Part shown: positions 1 to 10,503 of the stretch, piece by piece
Layout of the letters: each line of letters opens with the position of its first letter
Numbering within the stretch: the stretch's first letter is position 1
DNA from: Octopus sinensis
Taxonomy: Eukaryota
Reading direction: 5' to 3'
Assembly: GCF_006345805.1 (NCBI RefSeq)
Contig: NW_021836063.1
Coordinates: 1 to 25,261, forward strand
Length of the DNA stretch: 25,261 bases
The notes under the pieces: model-generated
The model's database searches: none
Told to the model about the DNA's origin: nothing
The model's input: only the letters and a program-made list of their open reading frames with translations
Translations under genes and position numbers: made by a program

Positions 1-75
1 ATCTCCACTCTACTGATATGCTTGTTTTGAAACTACTCTGGAGTGGAAGTGTATGCATTAGTATCAGTTTCACAC

Positions 76-247
76 TTTTGGCACAACAGCAGTCGATTAC
101 ATTGAATCCACTACTGTTTTATTGACCTCCGAGAGGATGAACGGCAAAGTCAACCTCAATGGAATTTGAACTCAGAAAGTAAAGACAGACGAAATGCCGC
201 TGAGCATTTTTTCCAGCGTGCTAAGGTTTCTACCCGGTTACCATCTT
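76..247 (-). mobile_element. tRNA-derived SINE, family A, degenerate copy
   Basis: Reverse complement matches the cleaner family A copies in this window (15503-15735): GAGTTCAAATTCC B-box-like motif and TTTGCCGTTCATCCTCTCGGAGGTCAATAA core. Confidence 0.8.
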
Positions 248-279
248 CAGGTGTAAGAATTAATATTAAGACCGATCTT

Positions 280-481
280 ATTTCTGCGAGCTGGCAGAAA
301 TCGTTAGAATGCCACAGGAAACGATTAGCGGCATTTCATCCGTCTTTACGTTCTGAGTTCAAATTCCGCCGGTGTCGAATCTGTCTTACATTCTAGAAGA
401 AATATCCGTTCAACACTGGGATCAGTTTAATGGACTAATCCCCTGCTCAAAACCTGTGACCTCGTACCAAAATTTACAACG
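280..481 (+). mobile_element. tRNA-derived SINE, family A, internally rearranged, with TSD
   Basis: Head GCGAGCTGGCAGAAATCGTTAG and TTCTGAGTTCAAATTCCGCCG. Flanked by AATATT(A/T)AGACCGATCTT at 262-279 and 482-499 (17/18 identical). Confidence 0.85.
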
Positions 482-586
482 AATATTTAGACCGATCTTT
501 AAGGAATCTTAAGCCCATAATATGGTCCAGATACCGAACAACTGATCAACGAATTCACTGGTCGACTTCGCTATGCTGCTGCTGCT

Positions 587-954
587 TGTTTGTTTGTTGA
601 GCGAAGCAGTCTTCGTCCCCTAGTTGGAGAAGTACGAAACGTGGTCCTTTGCTATTCGTAAGACCCGCAGAAGAGAAAGCAGGTCAACCCCCGACACCGA
701 GAGCATCGACGGATGGATGATTGCGCATCCAGGCTCAGCGGTTGCGTAGGAAGTCGGGGACAAGAAACAGGAAGAAAGAGTGAGAGAAAGTTGGAGCGAA
801 AGAGTACAACAGGGGTCGCCACCCCCTCCCTGCCGGAGCAACGTGGAGCTTTAGGTGTTTTCGCTCAATAAACACACACAACGCCCGGTCTGGGAATCGA
901 AACTGCGTTCCTCCGACCGCGAGTCCGCTGCCCACTGGGCCATTGCGCCTCCAC
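587..954 (-). mobile_element. tRNA-derived SINE, family D, full length, with TSD
   Basis: Minus strand starts GTGGAGGCGCAATGGCCCAGTGG (A box) and contains GTTTCGATTCCC (B box); ends in a (CAAA)n tail. Flanked by TGCTGCTGCTGCT at 574-586 and 955-967. Confidence 0.85.
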
Positions 955-1518
955 TGCTGCTGCTGCTAAAAGCGGTGAGACATTCAGTCCAACCTATTCT
1001 GCGTAATTGCATTTAAGCGGGGAAACAATATTTCTTGCGAATCATGTGTTTGTTACACTGGACATGAAAGAGTTACCTGTTGTTCCTCAGCTGGTTGTTG
1101 TTGAGTACTTTAATAACCCGGCTATTCTGAAGTTCTCGTTGGGTTGGATCATAAAACATAATAGGTGCTCTCGTAAAATATAAGAACTCTCATAAAACAT
1201 TGTTTGTCTCTTAACGAGGGCCAGTCACCTTGTACTAAACGTGATGATGAAACAGTGAGGAACGGGAACTCTTATGACATAAGTTTGTTTACATATATAT
1301 TTTATACTCCAGTTATATTTTATACTCCGGGCGGCGAATAATAGTAAAGTATTTTGAGTGCAGAACAAAATGCCTTGTAGTATTTTTTCGACCTGACATT
1401 GCTTTGAGCTCAAATTCCACCGATTAATAAAATAGTAGACTAGGGCTGTACGTTGGCTGAATTGTGACGGCGAGCAGGTAACATTTTCTTTCATGAGACG
1501 GCTACTCAGACTCAGGGT

Positions 1519-1662
1519 TACCCAGTGACAGCAGAGTGGACCGGAGCGACATGAAATGAAGTACTTTACGCAAGAGCACAATTCTCCTCTCGGTCCGGAA
1601 ATCGAACTCACGATCAAGTGATCAAGAGTACAACACCCTAGTCACAAGGCCACGCACTTTCC
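1519..1662 (-). mobile_element. Degenerate tRNA-SINE head (family C-like)
   Basis: Minus strand GTGGCCTTGTGACTAGGGTGTTG...GTGAGTTCGATTTCCGGACCG...CTTCATTTCATGTCGCTCCGGTCCACTC parallels the head of 4575-4909. Confidence 0.7.
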
Positions 1663-1747
1663 GCATTTTAGATATGGGGAGCAGGGTTAATGACAGATTC
1701 AGCATAACAGCAAATAAAATGGCAGTGGTTGGTGTTTGACAAAATTA

Positions 1748-2169
1748 GGATCTTTTCGGTTTGAACGGCAGCTTTTTAAAATAGTTTCCACGTAACTAAA
1801 CACTTTTAAACTTCGTATACTGGTAGAATGCGTTTATAAAACATCTTTTTCTCTTGGCTTTATTGAGAAAATTCTATAGTTTGTAAGATAGTTGTTGTGT
1901 TTTTCCTTCAATTTCTGCAATTTCAACCAATCAATGACGTCTATTGAGCTGAAAACATTCTGTGCCGTATGAATATGTCCCTCGTTTAAGAAACAGATTG
2001 GGTTTATTTACATTTCTGGAAAAAAAAGATACCCTTCCCCTACCCCTAACCCTAACTAACCCTAACTAATCCTAACCCTAAAACAGATTGAAATACTAGG
2101 GTCATAATTATGGGTGACAATTTCATATGACACCACTAGAAAAAACTGCCGTTCAAACCGAAAAGGTCC
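1748..2169. mobile_element. Non-autonomous DNA transposon (MITE) with ~30-bp TIRs
   Basis: GGATCTTTTCGGTTTGAACGGCAGCTTTTT (1748-1777) is inverted at 2140-2169 with 2 mismatches. Flanks CAAAATTA / CCAAATTA look like an 8-bp TSD (7/8). No ORF. Confidence 0.85.
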
Positions 2170-2225
2170 CCAAATTATGACGTTTGGTGTATGACAAAAG
2201 TGACCGCAGTTTGTAGAAGATAATA

Positions 2226-2420
2226 TGGCGGCGGGGAGTGGTAGAATTAATAGACGAGCGGAAAAAATCGCGGTGATGATATAAAATCGGGCTATTCTAC
2301 GTCAGATACCGACCCACCCGTCTTCGTCTTTCGTCCTTCTTCGTCATTGATAAAATATGAAAAAAAAAAAAAACGTCAGGTAGAGGGGTCGATGTGAATT
2401 ACTATACCTGGCTTTCTACC
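2226..2420 (+). mobile_element. Highly decayed family A SINE remnant
   Basis: GGCGGCGGGGAGTGGTAGAAT head, then GTCTTTCGTCCTT...GATAAAAT and GGGGTCGATGT in the expected order. Confidence 0.45.
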
Positions 2421-2460
2421 AATGAGAGAAATCATCGTCATTATTCTCATTATTAATTAA

Positions 2461-2657
2461 GGCGGCTAGCTGCCAGAATCGTTAGCACGTCGGACAAAAT
2501 GCTTAGAAGCATTTCTTCCGGCTGTTTGCATCCGGAGTTTCAATTCCGTTTTACCTTTCATCATAGTTTCGAGGTCGATAAAATAAGTACCAGCTGAACA
2601 CTGGGATCAATGCAATCAACTTAATTTTCTGGCCATATTCCAAAATGTTAAGCCACT
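2461..2657 (+). mobile_element. Family A SINE running into an (ATT)n/(GTT)n tail
   Basis: GGCGGCTAGCTGCCAGAATCGTTAGCACG head and TTTCGAGGTCGATAAAATAAGTACCAG core; followed by a trinucleotide tract at 2658-2756. Confidence 0.8.
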
Positions 2658-2947
2658 ATTATTATTATTATATTATTATTATTATTATTATTGTTGTTGT
2701 TGTTGTTGTTGGTGGTGGTGGTGTTGTTCTTGCTGTTATTATTATTATTATTATTAGACATGACAAAATGACAAAATGAGACAACACGTTTCCTCACTTC
2801 GACACAATACTAATTATATATTGTGTAAGCTTATATGAACAGTTGGTGTATTTATAAACTATACAATGCTAACCACAAAAGCTATACATATATGTACATA
2901 CCTACATCTAAATGTATATATAAATGCATATATAAATATATATATGT

Positions 2948-3036
2948 GAGTACCGGACACCACAAATAGACGTAGAACTCAACGAGAAACGAAAACGTAA
3001 AAACACACATGGAAACGGACTTTTTTTAACAACGAA

Positions 3037-3068
<32 letters not shown>

Positions 3069-3250
3069 TATATATATAAAGTTAATCCAAACAAGAAAGC
3101 ACAAAAAAACACGACAACGCGAGGACGTGGAACAAATATAGTATTATTGGACGCTCAGGAAAGAAGGGAAAGAAAGGGTTTAACGTTTCGAGCGGAGCTC
3201 TTCGTCGGAAACAAAGAGAAAGGAAAGATCCAGAGAAGGAAGACAGAGGA
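2948..3250 (-). mobile_element. Penelope-like element terminal-repeat fragments embedded in (TA)n
   Basis: Contains a minimal hammerhead-like motif (3178-3212, minus) followed by TTCCTGAGCGTCCAATAATAC, shared with 21506-21533. The Penelope assignment is inferred from the known association of minimal hammerheads with Penelope-like elements. Confidence 0.6.
3178..3212 (-). ncRNA. Minimal hammerhead ribozyme-like motif (variant core)
   Basis: Minus strand GTTT-CCGACGA-A-GAGC-TCC-GCTC-GAAA-CGT-T-AAAC: stem I GTTT/AAAC, stem II GAGC/GCTC, palindromic ACGT stem III. The core is CCGACGA rather than CUGANGA. Confidence 0.55.
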
Positions 3251-3905
<655 letters not shown>

Positions 3906-3919
3906 TGCAACTATCCCTA

Positions 3920-4240
3920 ACGGTTAAGAAATTCGTTTCGGAACCTGTAGGTCTCGGTTCGATCCCACTGCATAGCATCTAAGGGTAAAATCCATATTCT
4001 ATAGCCTAGGGTCGCCCCTTGCATCCTGAGTGAAATGTAATCGATGAAAAACCGTGAAGAATGCCACCGGATGGATTGTACCCGTAAATCAAAAGGTACT
4101 GTCTTCTTATCCCACACTGAGTTACGTTGATTAGCCGCCTGGGTATTACGTTAAGGGCACTAGTCCCTGTGGAAAACTCGGCCAGTTACACATGGATTTG
4201 GGAGCAGGTTATTTCGTTGATCATACAACCGAATCCTCCT
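3920..4240 (+). mobile_element. Old tRNA-SINE with family B-type head and a tail shared with 24725-25012
   Basis: GGTTCGATCCCACTGCATAGCA...TTCTATAGCC resembles 10010-10120. TACGTTAAGGGCAC...CTGTGGA...GTTGATC matches the reverse complement of about 24755-24850. Confidence 0.65.
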
Positions 4241-4307
4241 CATATCGAAAGCACACACATATACACACACATATATACATACATACATACATACATACAT
4301 ACATACA

Positions 4308-4340
<33 letters not shown>

Positions 4341-4349
4341 GAATAGAAA

Positions 4350-4565
4350 TACGTATACTGAAACCTTCCTGGCTTTGAGTAAAAGAAAATACTGGAAGGT
4401 CAATAAATTATGATCTTATTCAACATATTCCCCTCTCAGATTCACGCACTTATTGCAGCAGTCCTTCAGTTTTTCTAAGCCCTGCTAAAGAACTCGGTAG
4501 GGTGGGCCTCCAGCCAGGCTTTTCGCGATACTCATAAAACCAGGAACTTTCAGCACTCCCTCGTA
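4350..4565 (-). mobile_element. Mariner-derived MITE retaining the transposase C-terminus
   Basis: Right end CCAGGAACTTTCAGCACTCCCTCG-TA; decayed left end TACTGAAACCTTCCTGGCTTT. Minus frame reads QGLEKLKDCCNKCVNLRGEYVE*. Second copy at 13165-13383. Confidence 0.8.
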
Positions 4566-4574
4566 TATATATGT

Positions 4575-4909
4575 TGTCGTTGTTGTTGTTGCGACCCCCT
4601 TCGGTCATGACACTGACCATGGGCTTGCACCTAGAAAGTTACCCTCCCAGGCACAAGTCTGGACAAGGTTGTTTATGCATACCAGCCTCCCCTCTCCACA
4701 CCATCAGTGTTATCCAAGGGAAAGGCAAAGGGGCAGATACGGCTTGGCACTTGTGACGTCGCAACTCCTTTCTACAGCTGAGTGAACTTGAGCAACGTGA
4801 AATAAAGTGTCCTGCTCAAGAACACAACACGCAGCTCGGTCCGGGATTCGAGCTCACAACCTCACGATCGTAAGCTCGACGCTCTAACCACTGAGCCTTG
4901 CGCCTTCAC
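4575..4909 (-). mobile_element. tRNA-derived SINE, family C, full length, with TSD
   Basis: Minus strand GTGAAGGCGCAAGGCTCAGTGGTTAGAGCG...GAGCTCGAATCCCGG head and (CAA)n tail. GTATATATATGT duplicated at 4563-4574 and 4910-4921. Second copy at 25013-25261. Confidence 0.9.
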
Positions 4910-5099
4910 GTATATATATGTATATATATGTACATATACATATATGTGTATGTGTGTGTATGTATGTACACACATATATATGTGTTTATGCAGTAGAAAA
5001 TTAAGATATACACAAGTGTAAATTCTTAGTTCGACGTATGCTTTACCATTGCAGTTATTTGTAACTCAGCACCGGATGTTCCAAGTGCATTTGGATGCC

Positions 5100-6130
5100 T
5101 AACCGTATTAGATTTCTGTAACAGCATTTAATAAAGGGTTCCCTAATGATCCAAAAATGTTTACGTGATAGTGATCCTACTTGACATAAATCCTGAGCTG
5201 ATCTATCTCGGGCTGACAATGTCTGTTATGGGACCCTGTATTGAAACGCAGAATTCCACCTAGGGGTAAAATAGTCTCAATGTATTACGACAGGTGCTTT
5301 ATGATAACTACATGGCAGAGTCCCTAATGCGATCGAGATATCGACCCAGCATTTTTTCTGACATAAATCCTGAACTGATCTATCTCGGGCTGACAATGTC
5401 TGTTATGGGACCCTGTATTGAAAAGCAGAATCCCACCTAGGGGTAAAATAGTCTCAATGTATTACGACAGGTGCTTTATGATAACTACAAGGCAGAGTCC
5501 CTAATTCGATCGAGATATCGACCCAGCATTTTTTCTGACATAAATCCTGAGCTGATCTATCTCGGGCTGACAATGTCTGTTATGGGACCCTGTATTGAAA
5601 AGCAGAATCCCACCTAGGGGTAAAACAGTCTCAATGTATTACGACAGGTGCTTCGTGATAACTACAAGGCAGAGTCCCTAATGCGATCGAGATAGTGACC
5701 CAGCAATTTTTCTGACATAAATCCTGAGCTGATCTATCTCGGGCTGACAATGTCTGTTATGGGACCCTGTATTGAAAAGCTGAATCCCACCTAGGGGTAA
5801 AATAGTCTCAATGTATTACGACAGGTGCTTCATGATAACTACAAGACAGAGTCCCTAATGCGATCGAGATATCGACCCAGCATTTTTTCTGCCTCTCCCG
5901 CAACAATACTGGTGCCAAAGTACTTCTCTTTATTCCTTTGTGTCGTACCATCGAGGCCGGAAGCGGGATTCTAGACTCTGGGGGGCGGATATAGGCTCTC
6001 TATACAGCAGAGCCCAAGCATGCTTCCTGAAGCGGTCACTTTGGAATTAATGTATAAAGCCGCAGCGCCGGTACGGTAGGTGGATGCCCCTCCTTTTATT
6101 GGGCAACAGGTCAAATCTTGACAGACCAGT
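5100..6130 (-). pseudogene. Possible highly decayed non-LTR (R2/RLE-type) reverse transcriptase fragment hosting the 177-bp array
   Basis: Frameshifted minus-strand peptides occur in RT domain 6-7-thumb order: ALYINSK, KEKYFG, LGRYLDRIRDSAL, YFTPR, EIDQLRIYVK. The similarity is by eye only. Confidence 0.4.
5182..5889. repeat. Tandem array, 4 x 177 bp
   Basis: Units start TGACATAAATCCTGA at 5182, 5359, 5536 and 5713. Only a few substitutions between units and no length change. Confidence 0.97.
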
Positions 6131-6179
6131 GGTGCAAAACTCCGCTGTCTCTCGAGACAAGATTAATGCCAAAGTAAGC

Positions 6180-6583
6180 ACACACACACACACATACACA
6201 CACAGACATACACGCACACATACATGCGCAAAGACACATATTTAAACTCATTATAAACACAACATACAAACATACATACATACAATAATACATGTATACA
6301 TACATACATATGTGCACCAACATACATACACAGACGCATACATACCCGTATATAAATGTATGTGTGTATGCACATATATAACAGTGTGTACTTATGCAAG
6401 TATGTAGGTATGCGTCGGCGCGAATGTGTCCATGTCTGGTTAGACGTTGGTCTATTTTTAGACTTATCAATAAATCTATCTCTTTCTCTATTTCTCTGAG
6501 TGTGTTTGTGTATATACATTACATACATATATGTATGTATGATCGTATGTATGCATTTGCATATGTTTGTATGTATATATGTA

Positions 6584-6619
<36 letters not shown>

Positions 6620-6736
6620 TGTATGTATGTATGTATATGTATGCATGGTTGTATGTATGTATGTATATATATATATATATATGTATGTATTTATGTATAT
6701 ATATATGTATGTATGTATATATGTGTATATATATTA

Positions 6737-6770
<34 letters not shown>

Positions 6771-6846
6771 ATATATATATATGTATGTACGTATGTATGT
6801 ATATATATGTATGTAGTATGTATGTATGTATATATATATTTATATA

Positions 6847-6879
<33 letters not shown>

Positions 6880-6890
6880 ATATATATAAT
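6180..6890. repeat. Compound (CA)n/(TATG)n/(TA)n microsatellite block
   Basis: Directly visible. Confidence 0.95.
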
Positions 6891-7281
6891 GGTATGTTCT
6901 GTATAGTCTTGCTTTCTTCCTCCATTTTTTTCTCTCGCTTTCTGTTTCTCATTTGCATGTACAATACAATTTGACACTGAAACACACTCACACACACACT
7001 CTTTCTCTGTCTCTCTCTGTCTCTCAGACACACACACAAGCGCAGAACTTATATAGTTAAATACGTACACATATACGCTATAACATATAACGTCACATTA
7101 TTGGCCTTAACATGCCGTTCGATCGGTAATTTATATACATGTCAAGACAGACAGACGAGTCTTAAACACGTTCATACGGACATACATAAACTCACATACG
7201 TACACACGTACAAACATAACTCAAACTCACACACAAACACAACACACACATACACCTAAACAAACACCCAACTACAGGCAC

Positions 7282-7316
<35 letters not shown>

Positions 7317-7427
7317 TATATATATATATATACTTAAGCCATTGTAGCTATATCAAGCGTTTTATACTCCGCCTCCAACAGTTATGGCATCTACAATTAA
7401 ATGTTCTGACCTAAAATTATCAAGGAA

Positions 7428-7500
7428 ACACCTGATACGGATTTGAACCCACGGTACGGCTATAAGAAGGTGGCCGCATACTTAACCCTCTGTGCCATTT
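7428..7500 (-). mobile_element. Isolated tRNA-like head (SINE head or tRNA pseudogene)
   Basis: Minus strand TGGCACAGAGGGTTAAG (A-box-like) and GGGTTCAAATCC (B-box-like) at tRNA-like spacing; no clean cloverleaf. Confidence 0.45.
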
Positions 7501-7550
7501 CGATTCTGGCACACACATGAGAAAGTGTGGCGTTTATGCTTTTTTTCTGA

Positions 7551-8081
7551 GGGTAGCTGGTAGAAACGTTAACACGCCGGGCGAAATGCCGTATTTCGTC
7601 TGTCGTTTACGTTGTGAGTTCAATTCCGCCGAGGTCCACTTTGCCTTTCATCATTTCGGGGTCGATAAATTAAGTACCAGTTACGCACTGGGTCGATGGA
7701 ATCGACTTAATCCGTTTGTCTGTCCTTGTTTGTTCCTCTTGTTTAGCCCCTTGTGGTAGTACAGAAATAGGTATTCGTCTGTCGCTACGTTCTGAGTTCA
7801 AATTCCGCCGAGGTCGACTTCGCCTTTCATCCTTTCGGAGTGGATTAAATAAGTACCAGTTACGCACTGGGGTCGATATAATCGACTTAATCCCTTTGTC
7901 TGTCCTTGTTTGTCCTCTCTGTGTTTTCCCCTTTGTGGGTAGTAAAGAAATAGATATTTCGTCTGTCATTATGTTCCGAGTTCAAATTCTGCTGAGGTCG
8001 ACTTCGCCTGTCATCCTTTCGGGGTCGATCAAATAAGTACTAGTTCGTCGATGTACGACTTCCGTTCTGTCCTTGTTTGTC
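7551..8081 (+). mobile_element. Family A SINE concatemer: one head plus three body units of about 180-184 bp
   Basis: Head AGCTGGTAGAAACGTTAACACG. Body (GAGTTCAA(A)TTC...GAGGTC...AAGTAC...TGTCCTTGTTTGT) occurs three times, with junctions AGAAATAG(G/A)TATT(T)CGTCTG near 7763 and 7947. Confidence 0.9.
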
Positions 8082-8092
8082 AAACGCCAGAG

Positions 8093-8194
8093 GACAAACA
8101 AAGACATACAAACGGATTAAGTCGATTACATCGACCCCAGTGCGTAACTGGTACTTAATTTATTGACCCCGAAAGGATGAAAGGAAAAGTCGAC
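8093..8194 (-). mobile_element. Inverted partial family A SINE, tail-to-tail with the concatemer
   Basis: GACAAACAAAGACATACAAACGGATTAAGTCG...GAAAGGATGAAAGGAAAAGTCGAC is the reverse complement of the body unit. Confidence 0.9.
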
Positions 8195-8225
8195 ACAGTA
8201 TAAATACCGGTAGGTAAAATTTATC

Positions 8226-8508
8226 TCCGTTTAAACGTGGATGTCCTATAGGAACAAACTATACTGGGGTAGTTACTATGAGAGAAACTCCCTTATTGGC
8301 TTTTGGTGCCAAATATACTCTTGTTTGTGTCTCTAGTAGGGAGATAAATCCACTGAGGTAGCTGGAGGTAATGAGGATCTATCTATGAGGATCCGCTAGT
8401 GATATAAACAACTCTGCATTTTGCACCAAAAGCCAATACGAGAATTTCTTACGTGGTAACTTTGCGCAGTATAGTTTGTTCTTACAGAAGATTCCACGTT
8501 TAAGTGGA
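8226..8508. mobile_element. Fold-back element / MITE with ~110-bp imperfect inverted arms
   Basis: TTAAACGTGGA...GAACAAACTATACTG...TATTGGCTTTTGGTGC (8226-8337) pairs with GCACCAAAAGCCAATA...CAGTATAGTTTGTTC...TCCACGTTTAA (8396-8508). Confidence 0.75.
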
Positions 8509-8761
8509 TTGCTACCCCAGCCTCACCCATCCAGACCAGCGCATCAGCCAGCACCACAGTTAAACCACATGTCCGTTAGAACGATAAGCATATAGATACA
8601 TAGAGGGTAGTGGGAAATATTGATGATTCAATCTACCCCAGGATATAACAGGTAAGTCTTCTAAAGACAGCCACTTGATGTAAAAGCCGGCTGCAGGATG
8701 CAGTGGCTGCCGCAGGTATATTCCACTACGCCCACACTGATAGATTATTCATTTTTTATAT

Positions 8762-8952
8762 CATCCATTCATGCATGTATGTGTGTATGCGTGTATGTAT
8801 ATATTTATGTATGTATGTTTGTAAGTTTGTATGTGTCTATATACGTATGTAGGTAGGAATGTACTATGAATATACGTGTGTATATACTGATGTATGTATT
8901 TGTGTGTGTATATATATATATATATGTTTGTGTGTGCATGTATGTAGTTATG

Positions 8953-8987
<35 letters not shown>

Positions 8988-9117
8988 TCAAAGAGAGAGA
9001 GAGAGTGAGAGAGAGAGAGAGAGTGAGAGAGAGAGAGAGAGAAAGATATCTTTATAGATATGTGTGTATATATATACATATATATATACATATGTATATA
9101 CATGTATATATATATGC

Positions 9118-9156
<39 letters not shown>

Positions 9157-9898
9157 CATCCATATATATTATATATATATATATACACATGTATATGAAT
9201 GTGTGTTTATTATGCATATTTATGTGTGTGTGTGTGTGTGTGTCTTTATTTGTGTATATGTATACATTCATTCATATACATATGTACATCTCCATATAAT
9301 TACATGTGCGTGCTTATAGCACCTTTATATGTGTGCCTATATACGTGTGTTTGTGTCTGTGTGTGTCTGTGGTGTGTGTGTGTGGTGCGCGTGCGCCTCT
9401 TTACATTAATGTTAGGTAATTTCCCATGTTTACAGTATTTCGATTGGTAAAGTTTTGAGAATCATCCAAATGTACCTGGCTGTCTGGCCAGGTACAACAA
9501 CACGCCACTCACTACATACTAATTAGGCTACTGCCGGCTGTTTTATTATTATTTTATAACAGAAACATGCACTCACACACTTACATAATTACATAATTAT
9601 ACACATATACATATGTATATATATAAATGTATATATATATATATATGTATATGTATATAAATATATATTATATATATATTATATATATATATATATATAT
9701 GTATAGATATATATAATATATACACATATATAGTGTGTGTGTGTGCGGCGTGTGTGTGTGTGTGTGTGCGAGGTGCGCATTTTTATCATTTGTATATATA
9801 ATCATATACATGTGCGTCTCCGTATTTATATCAATGTACATACATATATATATTCACACAGATAAGTATATACATATTTGTATTTATGCATGTATATA

Positions 9899-9975
<77 letters not shown>

Positions 9976-10009
9976 CACGCACATATGTATATGTATATAT
10001 ATATATATA
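8762..10009. repeat. Compound microsatellite field (TA, TG/CA, GA) with a small unique island at 9400-9570
   Basis: Directly visible. Confidence 0.9.
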
Positions 10010-10120
10010 GGCGCAGGAGTGGTAAGTAGCTTGCTAAACAACCACATGGTTCTGGGTTCAGTCCCACTGCGTGGCATCTTCGGCAAAGTGTCCTCTGCTA
10101 TAGCCCCGGGCCGTCCAATG
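10010..10120 (+). mobile_element. tRNA-derived SINE family B head
   Basis: GGCGCAGGAGTGGTAAGTAGCTTGCTAAACAACCACATGGTTCTGGGTTCAGTCCCACTGCGTGGCA; homologous to 21161-21321. Confidence 0.85.
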
Positions 10121-10299
10121 AAACGGAAACATAAGAGAAGGAAAATCCAGAGAAGGGAATACAGAGGAAAAAAATCGCCAACGGTAAACGAGGTCACATA
10201 CATATACATATATAAATATATAGATAGATAGATATAGATACAAACATACAAGGAGAAAAAGGGAGAAAGAAAAACGAGCAAAATCATAATTACATCATA

Positions 10300-10345
10300 T
10301 ATACATTTGCATATATACATATTACATATACATATATATATATAT

Positions 10346-10433
<88 letters not shown>

Positions 10434-10444
10434 TATATATATAT

Positions 10445-10503
<59 letters not shown>

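Noticed and set aside
1225-1617. 130-aa minus-strand ORF
   Set aside because: Begins inside a decayed SINE head at a non-ATG start and has no recognisable domain.
2031-2083. True telomere or chromosome-fusion scar
   Set aside because: Only a few degenerate CCCTAA units, one orientation, inside a TIR-bounded element.
4835-4909. Functional tRNA gene (also the heads at 880-954, 7428-7500 and 10010-10070)
   Set aside because: A/B-box-like motifs are present but acceptor stems do not pair; most continue into SINE bodies, some with TSDs.
5182-5889. 177-bp array as a CRISPR array or a 59-aa repeat protein
   Set aside because: Units are contiguous with no unique spacers, the context is eukaryotic, and the ORF track shows no reading frame running through the units.
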